From NCBI RefSeq assembly GCF_009914755.1, contig NC_060934.1: 64,000 nt of DNA, one strand, 5' to 3'. Source of the DNA: the human T2T-CHM13v2.0 reference genome, Homo sapiens. The first letter of the stretch is position 1, and the number at the start of each line of letters is the position of its first letter. The translations under genes and the position numbers were made by a program. Under the pieces are notes generated by a model. The model was not told the DNA's origin and did no database searches. It saw only the letters and a program-made list of their open reading frames with translations. Shown one piece after another: positions 1-13,785 of this stretch.

Positions 1-274
1 CCCAAGACAAGTCAGCCGCACTACCCCACCTGCTCAGACTGAGTCCAGCAGCCCAGAAATACCTGCGGCCTTCAGATCAACGTCCTCCTCCGGCGTGAGC
101 TCCTTTCATCCCAGGAACTGCTGCTTCGCAGGGAGAGCTTCGTTAGAGGACACACCATTGCTTCTGGCTGGGAGGAAGAGGTCCTGGTGTCCCGTGGCCC
201 TGTGGGATGGCTGCTGGTGACAGGGACACGGTGCGGAGTTCAAGTCGCTGGAAGGAGGATATTGAATGTGACCG

Positions 275-430
275 ACATGAAGAAATCATAGGTGTTTGAG
301 CTGCAGGAGGTGCTAATTACCCTGCTCTGATCATGATACAGAAGTTATACTGAAGCACCACTATGTAACCCATGAATATGCACAATTATTATTTGACAAT
401 TAAGAAATAACATTTTTAAATGGAAAAAAA
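275..430 (+). mobile_element. Old L1 (L1MA-type) 3' end fragment
   Basis: gctaattaccctgctctgatcat...catgaatatgcacaattattatttgacaattaa followed by an A-rich tail resembles the L1MA 3' terminus. Confidence 0.65.
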
Positions 431-857
431 AGAACAGTTGGACATTCTAAATCTAAATTTGGGCCTTTTCAGAGTATAAGGTGCATATTGCAGGAGCTGC
501 CAAGATACCCAGACAAGACTTTCAAATACCTGGCACCCAGAGCCAAACCTGACCGAGAAACCCTCAAGTCCAGAGAGAACTCAAGAGTCAAGAACCCAAA
601 AACCCCGCAAACGTCAGACGCACCCCACAGAGACCAGCCACAGAGACCCCTACCTTCAGGCAAAGGAAGCCCTCACCCACATCGGCTTCCACATAGGTGT
701 TCATATTGAATTCAATTACTCCAAATCCCCCCACCAGATCCACATGCAGAATGGAGTCTCATTGAAGACTGAAATTATTCTCCATAGATTTTGAAATGTC
801 TGCCCTTAGAAACCACCCAGCCATTATTCACACGAAAATTAAAGTAATGCAATCAGG

Positions 858-944
858 AAGCAGAGGTTGCAGTGAGCTGAGATTGTGCCCCTGCACTCCA
901 GCCTGGGCAACAAAGCTAGACACCGTCTCAAAAAATAAAAAAAT
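858..944 (+). mobile_element. Severely 5'-truncated Alu (end of right monomer) with TSD
   Basis: gcagaggttgcagtgagctgagattgtgcccctgcactccagcctgggcaac plus A tail; flanked by aaagtaatgcaatcagg (841-857) and aaagtaatgcgatcagg (945-961). Confidence 0.9.
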
Positions 945-1794
945 AAAGTAATGCGATCAGGGACACTTAACCTGAGCTGAATACCAGACAGACAGGAGCA
1001 CATTTGTGTTATCACAGCTTTGTGTTAACACAGACGCAGAAGGGCTGTCATTAGACACCAGTGGGCCTTGTGAGAGGCCCTTCCGTCTGGGGTCAGGTGA
1101 AATCCTACAAACCCACAGCACAGGCAGGAGGTAGGGGGCCTCCGCTCCCCTCATGACTCAGTCACTAAAACGGCCTTGAAAAGGGACAGCTCATGAGAGC
1201 AGTAGCCAGGGACGGCTTCCCCACAGTGGATCCCCTGTGACCCTGCCTGCTGGCCACCACAGTCCTGGCAAGATGGCTGTTCTTAGACATTTGAGTAAAA
1301 TTAACTGCACACGGAAGACAGGGGTCTACATTTAGGTGACCCTGCTAGAATGGTCCCTGAGATGTAAAATCATGAAAGGTCAAAGGGAAAGGGCTCAGAG
1401 AGGGCTGGCTCAGACCCTGCTCCTGCCTTCCCTCTCCCCTCCCCTGCTGAAAGCCCGGGCACCTGCCAGCGGGGCTGTCCTGCCCAAGTCTGGCAGCACG
1501 TGCCTCAGCTCCAAGGACTCTGTCCCCAAAGCACATCAGGACCCACTGCCTTGGCAGAACCCTGAATCATTCACAGTCTGACATCCCACCTGCTCTGGGG
1601 ACGAGCACCTTCTCTCCCTCCAGCCCCTGCTCTCATTCCTGCCAGGCACTCTCCACTTTCAGCCACGCCACCTGCCCTCTGCCCCACTGCCTTCTCCAAT
1701 CTGCCAGGCCTCTGTGCCCTCACTGCCCACGAAGCGTCCCCCGAGACATGAGTAGGGAGCAGCCAGTGGCAGTGCCCAGTCTGAGTTTGTGTCA

Positions 1795-2312
<518 letters not shown>

Positions 2313-3562
2313 AAAGAGACAGAGAGAGAGGACACAAAAAAATCAATCTGCTTAATGACCAATTCACTGAATTAACCCAGATAACTTTGCATACTTGAAG
2401 AAGTACACACATTCTCTCTCTCTCTCTGTCTCTCTCTCTCTCCCTCTCCCTATTTCTCCCTCCTCTCTCCGCCCCCAGTTCCTGAATATATTCAATAAAT
2501 ATATGCTTCTTAAAAGAATTGTAAGAAATGGTCCATTTGTTGAAAACTGTCACTAAGTACTTTTGCTTCCTTATGGACACATTCTCATCACTACATTTGG
2601 GAAGAGGAAGTACCTGAATGTAGTTAAAGAAGACAAAACCGCTCTACTCACCAAGAAAATGCCAGTTAAATTGAGCGGAAAGGAATATGGTCTTCAAATA
2701 ATCCTTAGAAGTTGTTTTTTGGTTCAATTGAACAAATTTAGCAAGTTGGTCATTTTGGTGAATTTCTCTGGCAGCACACCATCGTCCTGGGAGCCGGTCT
2801 GCTCCCTGGTTAATCACAGTCCCCACAGCCCAGCCCGGCAGCCCTCCACCTCCAGCCACCCTCCCTCCTGTTCTCTCACCTGTGTGGCTCTGCCAGTCAC
2901 CGAGGAGCCAGTCCTGGCCTCCAGGCTGGGCTCGGACAGGGCGCTCAGCTTTATCTGCACCTCCCAGGCAGGTGAGTAGGGGTGCCTCTGCAGGGACCCC
3001 TGGAAGTTTCTTCCAGCTTCCTTCCCCTCCCCTCCCCTGGCGCCCCGTCCACCCTCCCCAGGCCCCTGCTGCTGCTCCATCACCTCCTGTCTCAGAGCGG
3101 CTGGACCCTCGGTCTCAGCTTCACACATGTGCAGCCACACAGCGGCCTCTCTTCCCTGGGCAGCTCTGGAGCTAATCCCACCCCCCACGGGGACCCTCTT
3201 CTTTCAGGCCTTCTCGGGAATTCCACGCTCCGTGGGGGGCTATGTCTTACCCAGTCTATACCGTTCTCTACATTTCTTGAAATTGGAAAACAAAATGAAG
3301 TAGGTTTTAGCCGGTTTCAGCCTGTATGTAGTCACAGATTATTTTATTCACAGATTTTTTTTTTAATTTCTTCAGAAACAAAAACAGGATTCAAGGTTAG
3401 GCTAATAAGTAATGAGTGTTTTGGCTGAAGCTATTTTGAACTGATGATCAGGTCTCAGTGAGAAGGGCTCTGATTTATGGAATGGCGTCAAGCTGATGAC
3501 ATTCACTCTGACACCTCAGCTGAGCTTCGAAGGAAGGAAGGACACATAACACCTCCCCGCCA

Positions 3563-4725
3563 GCACACACAGGTGCACACTCACATACACACGAATGCCT
3601 ACACTAACACACACAGCACTCACACACAAAGATATGCACACACAAATACGCACACAAAAACACACACCCACACATGCGCATGCCACACACAGGCACACGC
3701 ATACACACAAATGCATACACATACACACACACCACCCACACAAAGATTCACACACTCACACGCAAATATGCACACAAAAATACACTCACACCTGCACACA
3801 CCACTCACACACAAACATACACACAAAAACACTTGCATGCATGCACACACACGCAACCCCATTAACCTCACACACAAAAACACACACACATGCACACACA
3901 CCACTCACTCATGCACAAATATGCACACAAAAATACACACTCACACATGCACACGCCACTCACATACACACAAAAACACACATGCACGCATGCACACATA
4001 CAGGCAACCTCATTGACCTCACACATACACAAAAACACACATGCATGCACACACACCACTTACTCCTGCACAAATATGCACACAAAAATACACACACGTA
4101 CATGCCACTCACAAACACACACACAAAAACACACATGCGTGCATGCATGCAAACACATGCAATCCCATTAACCTCACACATACACAAACACACACATACA
4201 TGCACACACCACTCATGCACAAATATACATACACATGCATGCACACACAAGACACACAAATATACACATAAACACAGGAGTGCACACACCACTCACACAC
4301 AAAACACACACATGCATGCACACACACATGCAACCCCATTAACCACACACCTACACAAAAACACATGCATGCACACACACCACTCATGCACAAATATACA
4401 AACACACACACATCCACACCCCATTGACCACACACATAGACAAACACACATGCACACATGCACCACATATATACACATACACATCACACATGTACACATA
4501 TGTATACACACATTCCTACTGGCACAAATACACATGAACACATGCACCACATATGTACACATACATGCCACACATGTACACATATGTATACACACATTCC
4601 TACTGACACCAATGCACACTCACACATATACACACGTGAACACACACATACTGTCACACATCTATACAAACATGCACACATACATCCATGCACACACCCC
4701 ACTGACACACATCATGTGCACACAC
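3563..4725 (+). repeat. Long degenerate CA-rich low-complexity tract with internal higher-order motifs
   Basis: cacacac/catgcacac runs; recurring atgcacaaatatgcacacaaaaatacac and gcaaccccattaacctcacaca. Confidence 0.95.
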
Positions 4726-6326
4726 AGCCCTTCTGTTGTAAGGACAGGGGCAGAGCCTGTGAGAAGCCTCCTGTGATGAGGGGATGAGTCCGCGGTGTCC
4801 TGTTCCTACTTTCTCCACACACCCAATAAAGACACTTCCTTCCCTTTTGAAAGAGGCTTATTCCATGCACTGAGCTGGACTAGGAAGCCCTGCATTTGCT
4901 AATCCCCCACCCCCACCCCACCACATCCTGCGGGTCGTGCCTCCAGCTCCCACCCACACCCCACATGCCTGCGAACCCATCCCTGCCCCATTTCAGCGTC
5001 CCTGTCCACCCCCCGCCTCAGCTCAAGCTCTGCCTCCCCCATGCACATTGGGCTTTGACACACGTCCCCGTGGCCCCCACAGTTCTCAGCGTGGTGCTCT
5101 CTGCCCCTGGCAGGGCCCACTGGCCCTCACCCTCATTCTCCAGCAGGGCTCTGCCCACCTGCCCCCACCTCCCAGGCAAAGTGCCTATTCACAAGGCGTT
5201 CCCACCTCCGAGGCCTGCCTGCCACCCATCAGCGTGGCTCCCCAGCGCCACCAGGAGCCCACAGAGGCTCCCAGGCACCTACGGCTTCAACGTCCATCCG
5301 CAGAAGGCCCGAGCTTCTCCAGCAGCAGCTGCTTTCCTGAGCACCAAAGCCCTGGGTCCGACAGCCTGGTGGACATCTGTGCTCAGATGGTCTCGGGCCC
5401 AGCATGGCCCCAGCACACCTGGCGTCCTCTCTACACATGTGTTTCGTGCTGCCCACTCTTCCTTCAGTGACGATGTCCTCGCTCAGCTGGCCAACTAGAA
5501 AACCCAGGTCATCCCTGATGTCCCCATTAGCAAACTATCTAAATAGGCACCAGGCCCCACGGACTCCTGCCGGAAGACACCTGGAACCTGGCGATTTCCT
5601 CACCCCACCGCTGGACTCCCCAACAGCCCGCGCCTCTGCACGAGCACCGTCCGTCTCCTTCTCGGCTGTAGCCAGTGGGGCCGGCCTGCAGTGGGAGTCT
5701 AAGCCCACTGCTCCCTTGAGCAAAGTTCTCCACTGTCCTGCTGCCTCCCAGCGAGCCCCTGACTCCACGCCCAGCCTCACTGAGTGGCCGACAGCTCCCA
5801 GCCCCAGCTCAGCCCCGCACAGTCAGTCACACATGCCGCCATCCTGGGCCCTTGCGTGGTCACGCACGTTGTCATCCCAGTCACATGCGTGCCTGTCTTG
5901 GGCCCCTTTCCTTCCTGCTGCCCCCTGACCCTGGCTCTCAGCTCAGGACCACCTCTGGAAGTCACCTCCAGGAGCTGGACCCTGGTGTGTAGCCCACACG
6001 TGGAGGTTTGGCCACTTCAAATTCAAATGCTCCTGCAGTTGCTTCTTATTGAGAGAGTGAGTTTGGCCTTTGACTCCCTGGGTCACCAAGTGGCCATCAC
6101 TCCTTGATTTCTTCTTGCAGCAGTAGCTGCTCCAGGCCCAGCAGGTCCTGGGCCAGCCCACGGGAACTGTCATGTAGGGGTGGATCTGCTCACAGCCACG
6201 TCAGAGGCGGGGGCCTGCTCTGCTCTGTGAGCGTGAGCCCAATGACAGGGTCCAATTGCTGTGTTCTAAAGCCATCACCACCTTTGATGATTTACTTTCC
6301 AATAAAACTGCGATGCCCTCTTCCAA

Positions 6327-6523
6327 TCACACACACTCTCACATATACTCTCTCTCACACACTCTTACACTCACACTCATGCTCACACACACTCACACAC
6401 ACATTCACACACTCACACACTCACTCTCACACTCACTCTCACACTCTCACACACACACTCTCAACACACATTCACACGCACTCACACACTCGCACACTCC
6501 CTCTCACACTCAACACACACACA
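6327..6523 (+). repeat. CA/CT-rich low-complexity tract
   Basis: cacacacactctcacatatactctctctcacac... Confidence 0.9.
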
Positions 6524-7054
6524 CGAGTTGGTTTATTTTTCCTGTAACGGTAGAACACTGATTTTCAGCCAATTTCATCAGCAGTTGATGCAGATGGAGG
6601 GGCAGGCGTTAGCACGTTGCTGATGCAAACGCCACAGGCCTTCTGTGTGCCCGCATGACCCTATCCTTCTGATCTGATTCTGATATATTCAGCTCACTTC
6701 CAAGGAGAGTAAAAGAGATTTTAGAGGCGTTTATCACAAAGGGCTTAAGTTGTTAAGTTGGCTGCAGATTCATGGGCGAATCCTGCCAGATGAGGGCTAG
6801 CCAGCAGGGACAGCCGGACTCCGACAGCCGACCATGAGGGCCCGGAGGCTGTAGGCGGGGTCTGCTTTCCTCTCCCTGAGACCCCCATCAGTGCCTGCCA
6901 CCCAGCCGTGTCCTGGGCCCCGCTCTCTGCTGCCAATGCTGACCTCATCATGCCACCTCACTCACTGGGGACTGGGGTGCCACGATCCAGGTCTGTCCCC
7001 TCGTGCGCACTCAAACATCCATGTGGACAAGAGAAGCAACAACCCAGGCCAGGG

Positions 7055-7465
7055 ACCGTTCTCCATATGGAGTCCCCAGAGCGGCAGAACCTGCCTCACC
7101 CAGAGCCCTCCAGAAATGCAGGATCCCACGCCCCACTGAGGGTGCCCTGGGGGTGGGGCCCTGCGTCTGCCCTTCAGGTGATTCTGATGCCAGAATTTGA
7201 GAACCCCTGCCCTCGTCTCTCAGTTGCTTGACTCCTCATCTCAAATGTCCTCACTCGCTCTCCCCTGAGGCCCAGCATTCTTACCGGGCAGTGGACCAGG
7301 GCCTTGGGCACCCACTGAAATTACCTGGGGAGCTTTAATGATGCCAATGCCTGGGCACACGAGGCTCTAATTTAATTTAATTGGTTCAGAACAGGCTCCA
7401 GCATGCGATTTTCCAAACCTCCTGGATGATGCTGATGTGCAGTGGGCCTGAGCAGTGCTGTCTAC
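7055..7465. mobile_element. Two degraded MER5-type (hAT-Charlie) DNA transposon remnants
   Basis: agaaatgcaggatccc...ggggtggggccc...caggtgattctgatgc...tttgagaacccctg and aattacctggggagcttt...atttaattggttc...tgctgatgtgcag match MER5A/B hallmarks. Confidence 0.65.
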
Positions 7466-8039
7466 TGCCTAGGATGCCAGGAAGGGCACCTTCGGATGTG
7501 GTAAGCCTGCACCACCCTCTGTCCGTGAGCCCCTCTTCTTCACTCACTGCCACACTGCAGCCTCTGCGCCCCAGCTTCTCTGCCCCTCCCTCCATCTTCC
7601 AGCATCCACGGCCCCTCCCTCCCCCTCCTCCTTCCTAGCACACCGAGACCGCCAGCTCACCACTGGGGTACTTTCCTGCCACCCTCCCCTATCTCCGTGG
7701 TGGCCCCGCCCTGCAGATGCCCCCCCCCAACCCCTGCTCCCGGGACCCAGCCCAGGTTGAGAGAACTGTTCCCCCCAGGTTGCTGCCCCGGCAGCTGCCC
7801 CTCTGCAGACCCCCCTGGGCCACACCCTGCGGGTGTGTCTCCTGCACCTGCTGGGGCTGCTTCCAGTCACACCACTCTCTCCAGCTCCTGCACGACCCAC
7901 TCCCCCTCCTCTGCAAAAATTACCCCAAAACTACAAATGGCCAACAGCGGCCTCTGGACAAGAGCTCCTTCCGTATTACTTTCCTCTCCTCCACCGCGAC
8001 CTGCACTTCCACATGCCTGGGCCACCCCTGTCCCTGCTC

Positions 8040-8500
8040 CTCGGGAGGGCAGAGTCTGCTCCCTGGCCAAAGCTGACCTTCCGTCCTGTCCTGAGCCCCT
8101 CTCCTTAGCTCCGAGGACCTCAGGAGCCCAAAACTCTCTGCTGATTCTGTGTTTTCATCACCCCGTAGCTCACGGCTCTTTTCCGTTCACAAGCAAACTT
8201 GCTGGAGCTTCTCCCGTACTGAAGGCATCCTCTGTGAACCTGGAGCTCTCGAGCTTCTCTCCTCCCCAAGCAGCAGAGCCTGGAAAGTGGCCCAGGTTCT
8301 CGTTTTCACTTCTCACCACCTCCTGGCGCCTCCGTCCACTGCAGGCTGGTTCCTGCCCTTCCACTCCAGGGTTGCCAGGGAGCTCCGGCCGTGTAGCCCA
8401 GGGAGCCCTTTTCTGGTCCTTTTCTACCCGGGCATCTCTGAACCACACGGTTCCCCAAGTGGCTCCCTCTTCCTTCACTGCTGGGTTGCCTCTCACTGCG
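8040..8500 (+). mobile_element. LINE-2 ORF2-region remnant
   Basis: ggccaaagctgaccttccgtcctgtcctgag...cacaagcaaacttgctggagcttctcccgtac...ccttccactcc follows the order of L2 consensus motifs; highly diverged. Confidence 0.55.
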
Positions 8501-11500
8501 GCTCCTGCTGCCACAGCACTCCGTGGAGACTATTATTAACATTAGTACTTGCTGGGTCATAACTGCTTTCTCTCCGATCTAAAACCTTGGGAAACTTCAA
8601 CACTGCAGCCAACCAACTCATCTTTAAGAATGCAGGAAGTGGATATCGCCCATGAGACACGCTAGTGCTCAGAGGTAACACACTCGATGTCAGCCAACAT
8701 GAACAGGTGTGTGTCTCACCACTGCCCTTAGGAGGTGGAGACCTCGACCCCCAGGGTCCTCCCGCAGAGCCGTGGTCTTTGGGGGTGAGCTGTGCACACA
8801 CACATTTCCTGGGCAGGACTGCTGACTTCCAGGAACAAGCTGCAGCATCTCCAAGGGCACTGGTGCAGCCTAGCTTTCAAGCTGTGCGTGGGAATTGGGG
8901 GCCGTTGGGACAGCCCTTTCCATCCATGATCTTCCTGACTTCCTGGGTGGAGGCCTTACCTGCCCACAGCAGCTCTCCCTCCACCACGTCGTAAACACAG
9001 CCCTTTCCTGCTTCACAGAAAGCCCCAACACAGGAGGGCTGCCCTGGCACCTGCTCCCTCCCACAGCATCTCCCCGCAGCTTCAGTTTCTCCAGTGCTGT
9101 TCAGGGTGATGGCATTCTTGTGCTGGGGATGACACGTCACAGGTGCAGTGCCCACAAGCTCGCCTGTGCTCCGGAATGACAGCATCACTCAGCAGATTAC
9201 CTGGAGGCTGGACTGTTTCTGCCTGTTTGGAGAAGGTTCCATCTAGATTTCAAAAATCTTCCTAGGAAAAAAATCAGATCTCATTCACTGAAGATGGACA
9301 TTTTCAGCAAGCCATATTTTTGCCTTCAGAGATACCATCCTTTGGCTGCAGTCTTGGAAAAAGTCAGAAGTAGGTGACCGTGCCAGCTGGCCAGACCTAA
9401 CACAGGGCCGTGGGTCTACTGGGCCCTGTGGAATAGAACAGCTGATGGGAATGGCACCACCACTTCAACATCAGTCCTTCCTCTTGTTCATGCACAGACA
9501 AGTCTCTCCTTCTCAAAGCTGCCAGGTCAACTCTAACCACAGACCCATCAAAATGGACCCAGGAGCCCTGCCCACAGGGAATATTACCTGGTGGTCAAAC
9601 CTCTCCCATGATGAACTTGTTACAGTCCTGATGTACTTCTAGGCAGTTAAGGCAGAGCCAGGAGCTTGGGGAAGAATCACTTGGCCAAATCCTGAGCTGG
9701 GTTCCCTGTCCCCTTCCTCAGCTACACCACACACTTCCCACGCAGTCCCTGTGGCGGGTTCTGTGGAGACTGAGTTTGGGATGTTTTCCAAAGAAAGAGA
9801 AGAATACATGAAACAGAAGCAGAGTGATTACGTTTCTCCATTTTTATCCACATGTGACCACACAGGTGATCCTAACCCGAACCCACCAGCTGCAGATCAC
9901 TGGGCTGAATCATCGGCTTTGGTCTGAACCATGGTCGCGCAGTCTCCCAGAGGCCTTACCAGGGCAGCACCAGCTTTGTGGCCTGCGCCAGCTGTTTTTC
10001 AGATGTAAAGATCTCACCAAGCCTTCCCCGCAGAGCACTGATTCATTTGTTTTGAGAAATCTCATTTCTACCTTTTTTCACAGGACTTATGGTCCTCCTC
10101 TTGACTCAAGTCAAGGCAAATGTGTGAGGTGATAGGAACACAAATAGTCCCGAACTCTGCAATGACCTGTGCCCCTATAGTGCACTGGCTGGTGCCTACT
10201 TCCCAGACAATCTTCCTCCAGCACCGTGCGCCCATCCATCAGCCTCTGCAGACTCAGCCTGCAGGCACCACCTGGCCTTTGGAGGCTGCCCTTGAGCACT
10301 GGTGCCACTGCTTCCCCCTATGGTACTGGGTTAACCTGGGACCAACAGCCCCACGCCCAGGCCTGGGGCAAGATAGACTTCTGAAGAGCCACTGAGGCCC
10401 GGAAGCCCCCACTGGATCAGGCGGAGTCTGGGCTCCCCGCTCCAGCCAGGACTGCTTTCCTCCCGTTCCTGGCTCCCATGAGCACCTCCTTGAGAAAGCA
10501 CTGGTCCCCAAATCCTTGGCTCTGGAGGATGCCAGCCTGAGATGAGCCCCTTCCCCTGTCTCTGTAAGCAGGTGTCACAGGTGGCACCCCCAGGAGCAGA
10601 TGTGGAGCTGGACTTTGTATGCAGGACAGCTCAGGGTATTTATCTGGATCGATATCTGTGGGGAGGGGCGGAGGGAAGGGCACAGGAAGAAGTCCAGGGC
10701 GGTGCAGGGACACAGGGCTTCAGTCAGTCTCCTGGGGAGCTCTGGACACCAGCCCCTCAGGGCTGCCCTGCGGTGAGCTGAAACAACCAGGGATCAGTGG
10801 CCTCAGTCCAAAACCACAACCCCTTGCCCAGGAGAAAGGACCCTGCAACAAGGATCCGTGTGAGGGTCCCCTAATCCTTCCCCAGAAGGAGCTGTGTGGC
10901 CACTTAGCCAGCCGGACACCAGGGTGGGGTCCCCAGACATTCAAGGACTGCTAGACACAGGGTCTGAGTTGCCAAGGATGCCCAGAGACATGAAAAGTTG
11001 TCACGGCCCCCAGATTAGAGAGGGCACATAGAAGCCAGGTGACTCGTGGAGTTCTGGCTCAGGCCTGGATCACAGGGTGTCCAGTGGGTCCCTGGACAGA
11101 CCCAACAGCCATGCCTCAATCCCCACGTGAATAACTGGATGGACATCTTGGAGTAGGCAGGTACAAGCCCTTTGCTGGTCATTGGCCTGTGGGTCAATGG
11201 TTACCACCATAGGGAAGGCCAAGCCTCCAAACTCCCCCAGCCCGTGGCCTTGGTAGTCCATTAAACTCTGCGTCTCATCACAGCGGAGGGTGTAGACAGT
11301 ATTGGTCCCACATGGTTCTAAGGGCTGCTGGTCTGAGGAAGGGACAGGCTTGCACCAACGTTGCGGGGGACATCCAGGCTGGAAAGATGCTGGGAACAGT
11401 GGTGTGGAGGGGGAGAGGCCCCAGGAGGACTAGAATGTTCCAGGATCTGCTTGGCTGCGGAGCTGCTCTTTTGCCAGAAGAGCTCTCTGGAAGGCTGTGC

Positions 11501-12204
11501 TGGAACCAGGGCTGAGGCTCAGGGCGGGGAGTCCTTCTGTGGCAGCTGCAAAGCATGGCTTGTCCTCCGTCTCATCTCTCCTTATGCCACAGCCAGACCA
11601 TGAGGTCAGCCACACGAAGGCAGCCCTGACACTCTGTGTCCCCCCTGCCGATGGCCCGGAACCCTGCAGGTGACTTGCTCCACCTTCTGCTTGTCTAGGA
11701 AAGGGAAGGGCTGCACAGAGGTCTGAGGAGACAGCTGCCAGGTGGAAGGCGTCCCTCTGCTCATGCGGACAGGGGACATGGAGCTACCTCGGCAGCACTT
11801 GCATTCTGGGGGGACAGAGAGATGCAGGTCGACCTGCAACGTGCGGGCCTCAGGGTGTGCAGGCTGCAAGGACCTGCAGGGGTGCCAGCGACAAAAGGCC
11901 CCTGGGAGCCAGAGACAAAACGCCCCTGGGGGTGATACGCTGCAGAAGACAAGGCAGAACCCCAGGCCCAGTGGACGCCACCCTTCAGAGAGACGGCACG
12001 AGGGCCCTCTGAGGAAAGCCGTCCCTTTGTCAGTGGCAACAATCTGAGCTGGTGACCCAGTGACCCTATGGTCCACACTTCCAAGACCCCTAATGGAGGC
12101 CCCGGCCGGACACAGCTTCGGCCCTCATTGTTAGACTACACGACCTCACCTCCTCCCAGAGCAAAGCACCGGAACACGGAAAAAAGGGAAGGAAGGAAGG
12201 AAGG

Positions 12205-13785
12205 AAGCCTGATTTTCAATCTGTAAGGTATATACCCAGCAGTGGGGTTGGGGTCATAGGTTGCTTCGATGTTTCATTTTTTGAGGATTCTCGGTCCTCT
12301 CTTCCATAGCAGCTGCGTCATTTTACCTTCTAGAGATCTGTGAGCAACATGGTACCCATAGCTAACAACGCTGCAGTGTACACTGAAAAGCTCTCAGACA
12401 GGAGATCTCAAAACTTGTTTTCACCACAAAAAAAGGGACAAGAGAGCAAGAAGAACCTTTCGGAGGCGATAAGTGGGTTTATTACCTGGATTGTAGGGAT
12501 GGGGACGGCTTCACAGGTGAGTGCGTTTATTACCTGATTGTAGGGAGGGGTACGGCTTCACAGGTGAGTGTGTTTACTACCTGGATTGTGGGGAATGGGT
12601 ACGGCTTCACAGGTGAGTGCGTTTATTACCTGGATTGTAGGGAGGGGGACGGCTTCACAGGTGAGTGCATTTATTACCTGGATTGTAGGGGTGGGGGACG
12701 GCTTCACAGGTGAGTGCGTTTATTACCTGGATTGTAGGGGTGGGGGACGGCTTCACAGGTGAGTGCGTTTATTACCTGGATTGTAGGGGTGGAGGACGGC
12801 TTCACAGGTGAGTGCGTTTATTACCTGGATTGTAGGGGTGGGGGACGGCTTCACAGGTGAGTGCGTTTATTACCTGGATTGTAGGGAGGGGGACGGCTTC
12901 ACAGGTGAGTGCATTTATTACCTGGATTGTAGGGGTGGGGGACGGCTTCACAGGTGAGTGCGTTTATTACCTGGATTGTAGGGGTGGGGGATGGCTTCAC
13001 AGGTGAGTGCGTTTATTACCTGGATTGTAGGGATGGGGGACGGCTTCACAGGTGAGTGCGTTTATTACCTGGATTGTAGGGGTGGAGGATGGCTTCACAG
13101 GTGAGTGCGTTTATTACCTGGATTGTAGGGGTGGGGGACGGCTTCACAGGTGAGTGCGTTTATTACCTGGATTGTAGGGGTGGGGGACGGCTTCACAGGT
13201 GAGTGCGTTTATTACCTGGATTGTAGGGGTGGGGGATGGCTTCACAGGTGAGTGCGTTTATTACCTGGATTGTAGGGGTGGGGGACGGCTTCACAGGTGA
13301 GTGCGTTTATTACCTGGATTGTAGGGGTGGGGGACGGCTTCACAGGTGAGTGCGTTTATTACCTGGATTGTAGGGGTGGGGGACGGCTTCACAGGTGAGT
13401 GCGTTTATTACCTGGATTGTAGGGGTGGGGGACGGCTTCACAGGTGAGTGCGTTTATTACCTGGATTGTAGGGGTGGGGGATGGCTTCACAGGTGAGTGC
13501 GTTTATTACCTGGATTGTAGGGGTGGGGGACGGCTTCACAGGTGAGTGCGTTTATTACCTGGATTGTAGGGGTGGGGGACGGCTTCACAGGTGAGTGCGT
13601 TTATTACCTGGATTGTAGGGGTGGGGGATGGCTTCACAGGTGAGTGCGTTTATTACCTGGATTGTAGGGAGGGGGACGGCTTCACAGGTGTGTACACATG
13701 TTTAAACCCATCACATTATATACATTAAATACACACAGTTTTTGTATATCGTTTACTACTAAAACTGTTTAAAAATAAAATAAAT
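12205..13785 (+). mobile_element. Old L1MB-type element hosting the 49-bp VNTR; short antisense L1 piece (12205-12330) abuts the sense 3' UTR
   Basis: tagagatctgtgagcaacatggt...ttcaccacaaaaaa...gaacctttcggaggcgata before the array and caggtgtgtacacatgtttaaacccatcacattatatacattaaata...aaaataaaataaa after it match the L1MB 3' end. Confidence 0.8.
12472..13690 (+). repeat. 49-bp VNTR/minisatellite, ~25 units
   Basis: Unit agtgcgtttattacctggattgtaggggtgggggacggcttcacaggtg; interior units nearly identical, 5' units more diverged. Confidence 0.99.

Noticed and set aside
2313-2450. Inverted repeat gagacagagagagag / ctctctctctgtctc
   Set aside because: Complementarity between simple GA and CT repeats is expected by chance.
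3477-4787. Long His/Thr-rich and Cys/Val-rich ORFs (up to 393 aa)
   Set aside because: Translation of CA/TG low-complexity DNA that lacks stop codons; the same applies to ORFs at 25.6-26.4, 40.1-40.6 and 48.5-49.0 kb.
7697-8539. 280-aa ORF
   Set aside because: GC-rich DNA overlapping an L2 remnant; no recognisable protein similarity.
12472-13690. Regularly spaced repeats resembling a CRISPR array (also 50802-51481)
   Set aside because: Units are contiguous with no unique spacers, there are no cas genes, and the DNA is human.
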